NCBI GenBank assembly: GCA_963664015.2
Contig: CAXXLF010000001.1
Location: 1,024,001-1,088,000, forward strand
Direction: 5' to 3'
Length of the DNA stretch: 64,000 nucleotides
Origin: Candidatus Binatia bacterium
GTDB lineage: Bacteria > Desulfobacterota > Binatia > UBA9968 > CAXXLF01
Below, piece by piece: positions 49,801 to 59,103 of the stretch (positions are counted from its first letter, which is position 1; each line of letters begins with the position of its first letter). The translations under genes were made by a program, and so were the position numbers. The notes under the pieces are model-generated. The model made no database searches, was not told the DNA's origin, and was given only the letters and a program-made list of their open reading frames with translations.

Positions 49801-51138
49801 CTAAAGTTCACCGCTGACTCCGGCTTCAACCCGGATCAATATGTTTTCCTGCACCCACCGGCCGTCCCACCATTCTAACGGCAAGACCGGCACCCCTTGA
49901 ATCAGGGTGCCGTAATGCAGGTGGTCACCTGTCGTGAGACCGGTCTCTCCAGTTCGTCCAATGATCTGTTTCCTTTCGACTTTCTCGCCTTTTTTTACAC
50001 TGATGAAACTCATGTGGCTGTAAAGGGTAAAAAGGCCCAAGCCGTGATCAATCATCACGGTGCTGCCGTAAATACCCAAGTCATCGGCAAATGCCACCAC
50101 CCCGCTGTTAGCTGCCTCAATGGGATAATTTCTTGTCACTGCCAGATCATAACCCAAGTGGAAGGCCCGGTCGATAGGTTCTCCTTTGTAATAATAAGTA
50201 CGTTCATCCCCAAAATTGGCTTCGACCTTAGAGTTTGAAAGCTGGTGAAAAGGCAGGGTCCAGAGCATCTCGTTCCGGGATACTTGACAGACCTCCCTGA
50301 TCTTGGCTTCGTTACGCGCCCGCATACCGTTGTTAACCGCGAAAAAGGCGTCTTTTAAACCTTCTTTGCCTACCCCTGTCTTTCCAAGCAGAGGGATGAC
50401 GCGGTTTTCGATCAACCGATCGGAGACCTGGATCTTCTTCTTCCTTTTTTTCACGTTCTGCACGTTATACCCCAGCGCTCGCTCCACTCTATTACCCGCT
50501 GCATCTTCCGCGATGAGGACTGCTTTACTATCACCCACATCGTGAGGATGGGCAAAAAAAGCCATAAATGTATCCGCTACTTTGAGCTTGCCTCTATATC
50601 CCTTGAAGAAATAAGAACCGAGCTTTACCCCACTGCGCACGGTATCGGAAGAAGCCTGGTAGAAGATAAGGCCTGTGCCACCAAAATTGATATAACGATC
50701 GTTGCTAATCAGGTGGAGTTTCGGCGGAGTTAAGTCGACAACTACATAGAGTTCCTGAGTGCTCTCATTGCCTTTAAAAACCCCCCAGAAAGATCGATCC
50801 CGGGCGGAGACTCTCAGAACCGCCGGTCCCTCTTGATCTTTCAACTGTTCCCGAGAAACCGAGATCGATAACTCCTTACTCATCACAGGCGCATCGTATT
50901 CCTCAATCATCAAGGGGTAATCGACTCCATTGGCCCGGAGTACCACCGAAATCTTTTTCAGCCCGCTGCCCTCCTCCACAACAGAGACGACAAAGGGTCG
51001 CGTCCCGATATATCCGTTGTCCAGTTTAATGCTGATGACTGGCGCCTGCCATTCAAACCGGGCACGGACCCAGAACCCCCCAGCGATAACAATGAGAATC
51101 ACCAATAGATAAAGGAGTGTTTTTTTCATGTTTAGCAT
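49801..51138 (-). CDS. M23 family metallopeptidase
   Basis: N-terminal TM; HLGYD (HxxxD), IDHG.GLFTLYSH, GDHLHY. Confidence 0.9.
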   Translation of the reverse strand: MLNMKKTLLYLLVILIVIAGGFWVRARFEWQAPVISIKLDNGYIGTRPFVVSVVEEGSGLKKISVVLRANGVDYPLMIEEYDAPVMSKELSISVSREQLKDQEGPAVLRVSARDRSFWGVFKGNESTQELYVVVDLTPPKLHLISNDRYINFGGTGLIFYQASSDTVRSGVKLGSYFFKGYRGKLKVADTFMAFFAHPHDVGDSKAVLIAEDAAGNRVERALGYNVQNVKKRKKKIQVSDRLIENRVIPLLGKTGVGKEGLKDAFFAVNNGMRARNEAKIREVCQVSRNEMLWTLPFHQLSNSKVEANFGDERTYYYKGEPIDRAFHLGYDLAVTRNYPIEAANSGVVAFADDLGIYGSTVMIDHGLGLFTLYSHMSFISVKKGEKVERKQIIGRTGETGLTTGDHLHYGTLIQGVPVLPLEWWDGRWVQENILIRVEAGVSGEL

Positions 51139-51454
51139 TTTGAATGCCTACCAATCCTATGATCCGGTGATCCGAAGATTCCTATGCCACCATGCGGAAG
51201 CTCCCGACAAGCGCAGACCATGACAGTGAAAGCTCAAATTTTACGTGAATTGTTTGGTTTGTACCACAAAGTATCGAGGAATTCCACGGGGTATCAGAAT
51301 GCACTAGTATTGAATCGGGACGATCCCGTTCACGGAATGTACGAAAACGGCAGGCCGATCCTCAATAACGAGCGACTTCGACCTGGACCTTAGCGGCGGG
51401 GCCGAAAGGCGGGCTGCAAAACGTCATTCGGAAAGCAGCGTCTGTCCACCGAAT

Positions 51455-51538
51455 CTATATCACCAGGTATAGAAAAACACTAACCAGGACAACTAAAAGT
51501 ATATACTTCTTTGGATCCTTCTCCGGCTCTAGCTTCAT
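51455..51538 (-). CDS. 27-aa single-TM small protein, not in ORF track
   Basis: MKLEPEKDPKKYILLVVLVSVFLYLVI*; strong AGGAGG RBS. Confidence 0.6.
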   Translation of the reverse strand: MKLEPEKDPKKYILLVVLVSVFLYLVI

Positions 51539-51573
51539 TGCTCCCTCCTAAGCGTTTGATGCCCTGATAAACG

Positions 51574-51589
51574 AGCAGAATACATGCCA
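51574..51589 (-). promoter_or_regulatory. Putative sigma54 promoter
   Basis: TGGCATGTATTCTGCT = GG-N10-GC (-24/-12), about 35 nt upstream of the 51538 start. Confidence 0.5.
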
Positions 51590-51830
51590 TACGGAACGAC
51601 CGCTGATGCCGTGGCGGACCATTGACCGGAGGTCTGAAGCCCAACACAATCTTTAAAAATCTACAGATTGTAATCGGTCAGGGGATATCCCTGCCATACC
51701 GAGTCAGAGCTTGGAAACGAGACGCACGCCCCTTCGGTGAGCCAAGGTGACCGAGTTGCGCATGGAACCTGGCTTGTGAACGATCACAAGAATTGACTCG
51801 GTCAAAAACTGATGGGTTGTGGAATCCTCT

Positions 51831-52241
51831 TCATGGGCAAGTTTTCACATCGGTCTTCACATAGGGCGGTGTGTTAATCTCAAAGTGGATGCCGGCTGGG
51901 CTAGTCACCTTGTTCTGTCGCCGATCCCGGGCGGGCTCCTCGACGTCGAACCCATGGGCGCGGAGCCGGGCGGTCAACTCATCGACTTCCGCATCCGTGG
52001 CAACGTCAAAGGCTAGATGGTTCAGGATGCATTGGCTCTGGCCGTAACCCGCAACCGGGCCGTCAACTGCATAAATAATAAACTCATGATCCCTCAGCGG
52101 GTCGGAGGTGAAAAAGGCGTTTCGATCTCCTTGCCTCACCAGTTTAAGCCCAACGATCTTTTCCCAGAAATCGCACTCCTGCTGAAAAAGCTCTCGGGGA
52201 ACATTAAACCCTGTATGACTCAACCTTGCCAACGTCGCCAT
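51831..52241 (-). CDS. VOC/glyoxalase family protein (paralog 1)
   Basis: RLSH.G, DHE, LNHLAFDV, SPAGIHFE. Confidence 0.85.
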   Translation of the reverse strand: MATLARLSHTGFNVPRELFQQECDFWEKIVGLKLVRQGDRNAFFTSDPLRDHEFIIYAVDGPVAGYGQSQCILNHLAFDVATDAEVDELTARLRAHGFDVEEPARDRRQNKVTSPAGIHFEINTPPYVKTDVKTCP

Positions 52242-52491
52242 TGAAAACGGCCCTCCTTTCCTCTCATGGTCAGGGGCTCGATCACGGAAACGGGTCTTGT
52301 GAGCCTTTGCGCCCTGTTTACCTCACGGGTCCGGCCAAGGCCAAGTGGGTCGCCGGCTATTGCAGTCCCAGCAATATTATCCAATCGCCCTATCAAGGCG
52401 GCAGCTCATCAGGGATCCCTACTCAGGAGCGTTCTTATGATTCAAGGCGCCGAGTTCAGAACGAAGGAACTCGAACGGCTCCGGGGAACTA

Positions 52492-52920
52492 CTATTTTTT
52501 ATCGAACCGGGCTTTGAGAGCGTCGGGAGTCGTGAATCGATGAGGCGGTGTATTGATTTCGAAATCAATTCCCGCCGGACTAGTCACTTTGTTTTGATTA
52601 CGGCCCATGGAGGTTTCGTCCACCTGAAATCCGTGAGCACGGAACCGTGCCGTCAATTCGTCAACTTCCGCATTTGTCGCCACATCAAATGCCAAGTGAT
52701 GTAAAATACATTCGTCCTGACCGTGCCCTGTAACGGGTCCATCCACTGCGAACAGAATAAACTCATGGTCTCGTAGTGGGTCAGCTGAAAAGAACGCTCC
52801 TCCATCGATCCTTCGGACCAGGGTGAGACCGACAAGGTTCTGCCAAAAATCGACCTCTTTCTCAAAGATTTCCTTCGGGACCTTGAATCCCACATGACTT
52901 AACCTTCCAAATGTCGCCAT
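52492..52920 (-). CDS. VOC/glyoxalase family protein (paralog 2)
   Basis: Tandem paralog of 51831-52241; GGAGG RBS before MATFGR. Confidence 0.85.
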   Translation of the reverse strand: MATFGRLSHVGFKVPKEIFEKEVDFWQNLVGLTLVRRIDGGAFFSADPLRDHEFILFAVDGPVTGHGQDECILHHLAFDVATNAEVDELTARFRAHGFQVDETSMGRNQNKVTSPAGIDFEINTPPHRFTTPDALKARFDKK

Positions 52921-53109
52921 GATACCTCCCTTGTCTGCCTCAAACACTCTCACGAAAAAGACAGGCCTTTTCTATCGTGTTGTAGCGAAGGTTGTCAATA
53001 GGGAAGGAAGTAGAACGCGGTTCAACGCCTGGGTGGATTGAAAAAGACGGCATCGAGATTATACTAAGCTTGCCTCCCCTCATCGGTCGTTCTCAAGCTC
53101 CTCTTTCTT

Positions 53110-54279
53110 TCAGTCAGTTGGATCGCTCATTCGTGCATCTTTCTCGAAATATTTACGCAGGTCAACGATTGAGCTGTCAGGCCTAAATAGCTGCTCTGGC
53201 GCCGAATAGTCCAAGTGTTCCACTATCCACTTGTCTTGTCCCTCGTTGAACCATTTGTGGAACACCCAACGATGCCAAAGCCAATATTGCAGTCGAAATG
53301 CCAGCGCTTTTAGTCCATGAAACCGTCCGGCCAACATCTGAAAGTTGCGAGTGTGTTTTGCATCGATAGGGACAGACCACCGGACATGGGTATAGTAAGT
53401 ATAGTGGTTCACGATAACGCATGGAAGGCGGAAGGCTTGAATCATAGGTTTGCCCTTAGGGCCGAAGTTTTTACGAGCTCTAGCCAGAGCTTTTCGTAAC
53501 CAAGTGTGACGCGGCCAGAGGCCGAAGCCCGGATAATTTGCCTCAAACCCGATAGGACCCCGCCGCCTCTGAACCAGATATTTACCTTGTACTTCACTTT
53601 CTACCTTCCCAGCCCAGGCCGGCGGGAGGTTAAACTGGGTTTGCCACCGGAAGCTGTACCTATGGACGTACGTGGCGTGGGACGCGTCGTACCCGTTTTC
53701 AACCGCAGCACGCCAATTACTCTTCCAGACGGAGGTGACGGACTCAAAAACGTATTCCGGTTGCAACACTTCTTCCGGAACATCTTCCTCGATTGCCGGC
53801 GGGTTGCCGTCTCCCATGTATACGTAGATGACTCGATTTCGCTCCTCCACCGGGTAGCTGCGGACCCCTTTTCCCTTCTTGCCCACAACCGTCGACTCAG
53901 GCCCGTCCGTTAGAGCCGCAATTAACTCGCCGTCGCGCAAGTTGTACGTCCACCCATGATACGGACACGTTATTATGCCTTCCGACCAGCACTTGCCTTC
54001 GGACAATGGCATGCCCCGGTGCGCACATCGATCAAAGAGCGCATAGGGCCGTTTGTTGACTCGCACAAATACCAGTTTCTCGCCAAGTAGCATGACAGAT
54101 TTTGGTTTCTTCCCAAGCTGCCTGGAAAGGAGCGCAGGATACCAATAGTGGCGGAACCCCAATTCGGCAGCTTCATAACGCGCTCCTTTTGTGCTTCGCA
54201 GCTGTTGGTCCTGCTTTGTCGCAGTATATTCTTCCTCCTTGGCGACTCCATCATGTAATTGACTCACTGCATTAGCCAT
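53110..54279 (-). CDS. Alpha3-type Rieske oxygenase (CarAa/OxoO-like)
   Basis: LGFRHYWYPAL, CAHRG..CPYHGWTY, GELIAALTDGP, NWRAAVENGYDASH..YVH. Confidence 0.85.
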   Translation of the reverse strand: MANAVSQLHDGVAKEEEYTATKQDQQLRSTKGARYEAAELGFRHYWYPALLSRQLGKKPKSVMLLGEKLVFVRVNKRPYALFDRCAHRGMPLSEGKCWSEGIITCPYHGWTYNLRDGELIAALTDGPESTVVGKKGKGVRSYPVEERNRVIYVYMGDGNPPAIEEDVPEEVLQPEYVFESVTSVWKSNWRAAVENGYDASHATYVHRYSFRWQTQFNLPPAWAGKVESEVQGKYLVQRRRGPIGFEANYPGFGLWPRHTWLRKALARARKNFGPKGKPMIQAFRLPCVIVNHYTYYTHVRWSVPIDAKHTRNFQMLAGRFHGLKALAFRLQYWLWHRWVFHKWFNEGQDKWIVEHLDYSAPEQLFRPDSSIVDLRKYFEKDARMSDPTD

Positions 54280-54526
54280 TATACGACCCCCCTTAGCGAC
54301 CTCGAAGATCACATCTTTAACCACACGCACTTGCCTTGCCTAGTCAGCTTAAGCCTTCCGTAATCCGATTACCCGGACCATGACGATCTCACTCCCTTGA
54401 AAACATTGCCCAATAGACGGCTGCAAATGACAGGGTGACAATGTTATCCCAGTAGTACCTAAATGACCCTTGTGTCAATCCGCTTATCCGAATCGAATTT
54501 CGCCGTATGTCTGACCCGGGTGACAC

Positions 54527-55489
54527 TCAGGCCAGATAACCGCGGTCGCGCCAAAACCGTTCGGCGGCAGGGTGAAACGGAATAACCAACGGGGTATCGG
54601 GTGTATTGCGGCACATGCGTTCCAGGGGAAGCGGGCCTTCGCCCTGCCAGGGGATCCGATCCCTGCGGGCCTCCAGGGCCCGGCAGAAAGCCGTGATGAA
54701 ATCGTCGGACATGTCCGCATGGGTGAATACGGCCCATCCGCTGAAGTCGAGGCTCACCACGTCGGCCGGTAATTTGGGGTAGTCCACATTGGGGATGACA
54801 CCGCGCCGGAAGCCCATCTCTTCCAGCCTGGCCAGGTGCGACCCACCAAGCGATAGTGGCCGAATGCCATAATCCAGCGCCTTGTAAACCCAGCGATTAA
54901 TCGCCTCGTCAAAGACGGCGTCGATTTCCCCCCGCTCTATGGCGCCCAGGCGCTCGGCGGACTGGGGAATGGTTGCGTCGTAACGGATCTCGCCGCCCCA
55001 GGATATTATGTCATCCAACGAAAAACCCGCGGCCTGAAGTACCTGCTTGATATAGAAGTGCGTGGAATGGCCATGCTGTTTTCTAAGCGATACGCGAAGC
55101 GGGACCCGCCGCTCGCGGATCTCTTCGAGCGACGTGAGACCCGTGCGCTCTGAGACGGCGAAGGCGATCTGATCTTCCGAGGGGATCACCGTGACGATTC
55201 TGAGGGGTAATGGCTCGTTATACGGTCCTGTCCCACGATAGGCCAGCGCCAGGGGATCCACCGGGTTCATGATTGCGACCTGGACCCTTCCCGACACCAC
55301 CTCGTCTATGACCTCCGGGTCATCGCTGGCAAAGAGGGTCAGGGGCCAGCCGGCGGCTCCCTGCCGCCGCAGGCTCACCGTAGCCTGCCGTTGCACCCAA
55401 TCCTCTCCCCCCACCAATTCCGACGCCACCTCAAGCATCAGCCGTGACCGCGTAGTGGCCGGCACGACGAATTGTCCATGATCGATCAT
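54527..55489 (-). CDS. TAXI/NMT1-like solute-binding-fold protein, no signal peptide (paralog 3)
   Basis: TRSRLMLEVASE, IPWQGEGPLPLERMCR, HPAAERFWR; AAGGAG RBS before 55489. Confidence 0.7.
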   Translation of the reverse strand: MIDHGQFVVPATTRSRLMLEVASELVGGEDWVQRQATVSLRRQGAAGWPLTLFASDDPEVIDEVVSGRVQVAIMNPVDPLALAYRGTGPYNEPLPLRIVTVIPSEDQIAFAVSERTGLTSLEEIRERRVPLRVSLRKQHGHSTHFYIKQVLQAAGFSLDDIISWGGEIRYDATIPQSAERLGAIERGEIDAVFDEAINRWVYKALDYGIRPLSLGGSHLARLEEMGFRRGVIPNVDYPKLPADVVSLDFSGWAVFTHADMSDDFITAFCRALEARRDRIPWQGEGPLPLERMCRNTPDTPLVIPFHPAAERFWRDRGYLA

Positions 55490-55723
55490 CCCGTGACTCC
55501 TTAGCAACTCGACTTCTAAGCGTAGACCAAAGTCACCCAATACACCCCATACTCATAGACTGTCAATTGGGATGTGTCTTATTGGAAAAGAGGTACGGAT
55601 TCTCCCTGGATAGGGTCAACCAAAGGCTGGCAAACACGCAGGACCCGGAAACCAAACCGTAGTCAAGCTTTCAGTCCCCGCCGTATTGGCCCTATAATGG
55701 GAGTGAACCAGTTTGCGGTACGG

Positions 55724-56572
55724 TCAGTGACTGAGAAAATCGATCACCAGGCGGGCAAACTCCTCAGCTTTTTCGTAAGCTACGAAATGCCCGGTCCCGC
55801 CGCCCCAGATGTGCAATCGAACGTTAGGAATGAGAACCAAGGCACGAAACGCACCTTCAACGGGCACCATCCTATCCTGATAGCCCCAAACCACCAGCAC
55901 CTCCGCTTTGAGGTTCCGCACCAGTTGGCTCAGGTCGCTGTTTTTGGAGGCCGAAAATTCCCGCCGGGCCTCAATATGCCCAGGAGTTAGAGCGGCGCGA
56001 AACCGGGCCTCAATGATCTCTTCGGTGCAAAGCTCGTCTTTGGGGATAAACAGATGCATCATCTTTTCCATATTCTCTCGGATCGGATTTTGAGCAAATA
56101 CGGCCAGGGCCTTGAGCCCTTCGGACGGCGAAGAAGAGAACATGAGTTGCCCCCCTCGTTCGGGAGAGCTCGACTGCATCACTATTTTCCCAACCCGGTC
56201 CGGGTAGTCGATACCCAACCGCAGCCCCATGGGCCCACTTTGGGATGAGGTATACAGGTGCGCTTTATCGATACCTAACTGGTCCATCACACTGACCACT
56301 AACCTGGCCAAAAAGACATCCAAGGGTTCACCGTTGAGCTTCGCATCTTTAGCCGAACCCCCGAAACCAGGTAGATCCATGAGGATACACTGGAAGTGCT
56401 GCGACAGCAGCGGGAGGCAATACCGCGAGTTGCCCCACGCACTGGCTCCCGGTCCACCCCCGTGGAAGCAGATGAGGGCCGGCCCACTGCCCGCCTCGTT
56501 GTAATGGATCTTTATCCCTTGGACCGTTATCTCACGATCCGTTGCTTCCTTCGTTAATTCTTGTACAACCAT
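55724..56572 (-). CDS. Alpha/beta hydrolase, meta-cleavage product hydrolase (BphD/MhpC)-like
   Basis: HGGGPGASAWGN, DLPGFGGS, WG.QDRMVP, GH..AYE. Confidence 0.85.
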   Translation of the reverse strand: MVVQELTKEATDREITVQGIKIHYNEAGSGPALICFHGGGPGASAWGNSRYCLPLLSQHFQCILMDLPGFGGSAKDAKLNGEPLDVFLARLVVSVMDQLGIDKAHLYTSSQSGPMGLRLGIDYPDRVGKIVMQSSSPERGGQLMFSSSPSEGLKALAVFAQNPIRENMEKMMHLFIPKDELCTEEIIEARFRAALTPGHIEARREFSASKNSDLSQLVRNLKAEVLVVWGYQDRMVPVEGAFRALVLIPNVRLHIWGGGTGHFVAYEKAEEFARLVIDFLSH

Positions 56573-56660
56573 GCCTTCCTCCTCGGTCAACGCGTGCGGA
56601 TGGTTACGGCACACATCCCTACCTTATCTTGAGCCCGCATTGGTGCCAAGAAGTTCCAAC

Positions 56661-57098
56661 TCATGACTGAGCGAGTTCCTCAAAGGACGGTTCCGGCAAA
56701 CCCTTCTCCCATGTGGGATCCCGAAGCTCGAGTCTGTTTCCACTGGGATCATAGAAGTAGAGTTCTCTTCCGGTAAAATATCCCTTGGCGCGGTAGACAA
56801 GCTCCACGACGGAGACTTTCTTTTCCTGAAAGACTTTACAAGCCTGCACCAGTGTTTCCGAACTCACCGTGAAGGAATGATGAACCAGATCATTTTTTTC
56901 GAGGGCCTTCCTACTGCGTTCCTTTTCGGCGCATAGCAGGATATTGTGATCCCCGACATTGAAGCACGCCATGCCCGAATCGCCTAACCGCCCCACAAGC
57001 TTGAGACCAAGCAGGTCGCCGTAAAACTCTATCGACTCTTCCAGATCGTTCACAGGAATGGACCAGTGAGTAACCCCTTCAATTTTCAACAATCCCAT
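56661..57098 (-). CDS. VOC/glyoxalase family protein
   Basis: THWSIPVNDLEES..FY..LLGL, HHSF, YFYDPSGNRLE. Confidence 0.87.
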   Translation of the reverse strand: MGLLKIEGVTHWSIPVNDLEESIEFYGDLLGLKLVGRLGDSGMACFNVGDHNILLCAEKERSRKALEKNDLVHHSFTVSSETLVQACKVFQEKKVSVVELVYRAKGYFTGRELYFYDPSGNRLELRDPTWEKGLPEPSFEELAQS

Positions 57099-57881
57099 AG
57101 TAGCCTCCCTTAAAACTTTCAAACCTTTTTTCCCAATCTTTACCGGCGGCACCACTGTCACGGAATCAATCAGACACGCTCTTAGTAGATTAGCAGGGAC
57201 GAGTCAAGGCACACAAATGCGGAGAGGATCGGTTTAATTGTTGCGCCCCACACGAGGCTGCCGCTTCTAGAATAATTCGTCGCGCGCCTTAACACAATTC
57301 AGCCCATTCCGTGCTCTACTATTTTAACTTTTCAAAGAGAAATCGCTGCCCTGCCCGGCGGAAGGGTCGAGAGTCAAGGGCATAGGAGGTTGGCGAGTCC
57401 GCATCCACGGGTTCGCCCCGACACCCCTGACTGTTCGAGCTTTGGCTGGAACTCAAGAATACTGCTGAACGCTATCCAACACGCGTAATGGCCCCCGCGC
57501 CATGGTGAAGCCTGGGCAGTATTGCTGATGCAAACCGCAGGACAAGACGCCATTCGGGTAATCGAATCCGAAATACTGAGGGAGAATAATCTGGACATTA
57601 ATCCCGGGGCTTCTTAGCCACAACGACGAGATCGACTGTCGAGGTGAGATGATTTCTGAGCCAACAGCTTATCGACCGAACACGTAGGCTTGAGATTTGC
57701 TTTCAATCCTTGTTGGCAGAGCATTGCCATGTCAACAGCTACAGAGGTGCTTCTCCGGGTAAACGTAGCACCCAGGAGGAATGGTGCACATCAGCCCATT
57801 CCCACTGGGATCTGGACTGTTATCGACTCCTTATCAGGAGGTCCCTTGACACGGCCCATCCCCAGCGATAAAGGAGCGGGT

Positions 57882-58274
57882 ATGACATCCAACAAAAACT
57901 CACCCGTTATAAACATAATAAATGGAGCTTCCATCGGTGGAATATTATTGGTCTTAATGAGTGCATATTCGATATGGCATATATATAGGTCGGGTCTTTC
58001 AGATATTGCTGACCTTACATATCCAATTGTCGTGGTCGTTGCTGTGGCTGGTTTAGTCGTTGGTCTATTTTTAAGAAACAGAGCAGCCGCTACAATGTTG
58101 CTCCTCTATTACGTAGGGACTAATATTTACAACCTAAGTGCTGGATTTTTACAGCCTCATCAGCTTGCAATTCCAGTGATATTCGCCGTCTGGATTTTCA
58201 GTGGCGTGGCAGCAACATATCGTTATCACAATACGATGCCACAGAACGATCTCAGCAATAAAGAGGCGTCATGA
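57882..58274 (+). CDS. Hypothetical 4-TM membrane protein
   Basis: AAGGAG RBS; four hydrophobic segments; AT-rich. Confidence 0.6.
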   Translation: MTSNKNSPVINIINGASIGGILLVLMSAYSIWHIYRSGLSDIADLTYPIVVVVAVAGLVVGLFLRNRAAATMLLLYYVGTNIYNLSAGFLQPHQLAIPVIFAVWIFSGVAATYRYHNTMPQNDLSNKEAS

Positions 58275-58508
58275 TTTCCAACCAACCAAAAACCCGTGGA
58301 TGCCCCCTCCGGCCAGGGGCACCCCATATCCGTGAATTTGATATCTCACAGCTATACAGAGAGAACGCCCTGGAACGATAAGGTGCTTCGCAAATCAGAT
58401 TCGCGCGTCGAAGCGTAGGGCTGAGAAGATAGAGAGTATGCTGCCAGAGAGGGAGGAACGGAATAGGAAGTTAAAAGATCAGATTAAGGCTGTCGATCAG
58501 CTTCAGCA
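58230..58508 (+). repeat. ~280-bp direct repeat, copy 1 (contains frameshifted copy of the ORF at 63655)
   Basis: AATACGATGCCACAGAACGATCTCAGC...GATCAGCTTCAGCA matches 63614-63893 with scattered substitutions and a 1-bp deletion. Confidence 0.92.
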
Positions 58509-58574
58509 TCAAAGGTTAGCACGGCGGTGAGAGGATCCGCTACACCCTCTTGAACAGCGGTATCTGTCAGCGGC

Positions 58575-58836
58575 ATTTGGGGGCAACTCCATTTCCATGC
58601 TCCCCTGTTGCCCCCAAATCTGCCCCTATATGGGGGCATCTTTAGTTGGACGACATGGGATCATGCCGGACACTACATCAGGTATTTCGACGGTATTACA
58701 ATGGCTTGTTGGACTTTAGCGGACGCTACTGGATAGATAAATGGTGGAGGCGGGGGGAACTACATTACGCTCCTAACTCATTGATATAAATGATACTGCT
58801 GCCGTGAAATTACGTTGTTGCCCCCAAAGCTGCCCC
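58575..58836. mobile_element. att junction: tmRNA/tRNA-Ala-type 3' end core with arm repeats and IHF site
   Basis: Core 58742-58759 is the reverse complement of TTCCCCCCGCCTCCACCA. TGTTGCCCCCAAA.CTGCCCC at 58606 and 58816; inverted copy at 58575-58587; TATCAATGAGTTA (IHF consensus) at 58774-58786. Confidence 0.8.
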
Positions 58837-59103
58837 CACAGTGTCGCTCCTGGTCATAATTTTTGGCTCCTTGATCCGCTCTGAACTGCCCACATCCCTC
58901 GCCCGTTCGTCCTCAAGGACTCCCCAGGAAAGATCCCCCTAAATGCGTAGGACTCAATTAAAGCGTCGTTTAATTGCGTTCTGGGATGAAATTATGGTCT
59001 GCTAAGTCGGGTTGGCAAATTTAATTCTGAAAAAGCAATGAATCTTAAATGAAGCTGTTATTGCCCAGGTATATTTTGTTTCCAAATCCGATAGAACTTT
59101 TTC

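Noticed and set aside
52242-52491. Hammerhead ribozyme or c-di-GMP riboswitch (CTGATGAG and GGCGCAAAG on minus strand)
   Set aside because: No correctly placed GAAA core or stems, and the GEMM P1/P2 architecture is not recoverable.
58742-58759. Complete tRNA/tmRNA gene
   Set aside because: Only the last 18 nt are present; no T-arm 5' side or rest of the gene, so it is treated as an att core.
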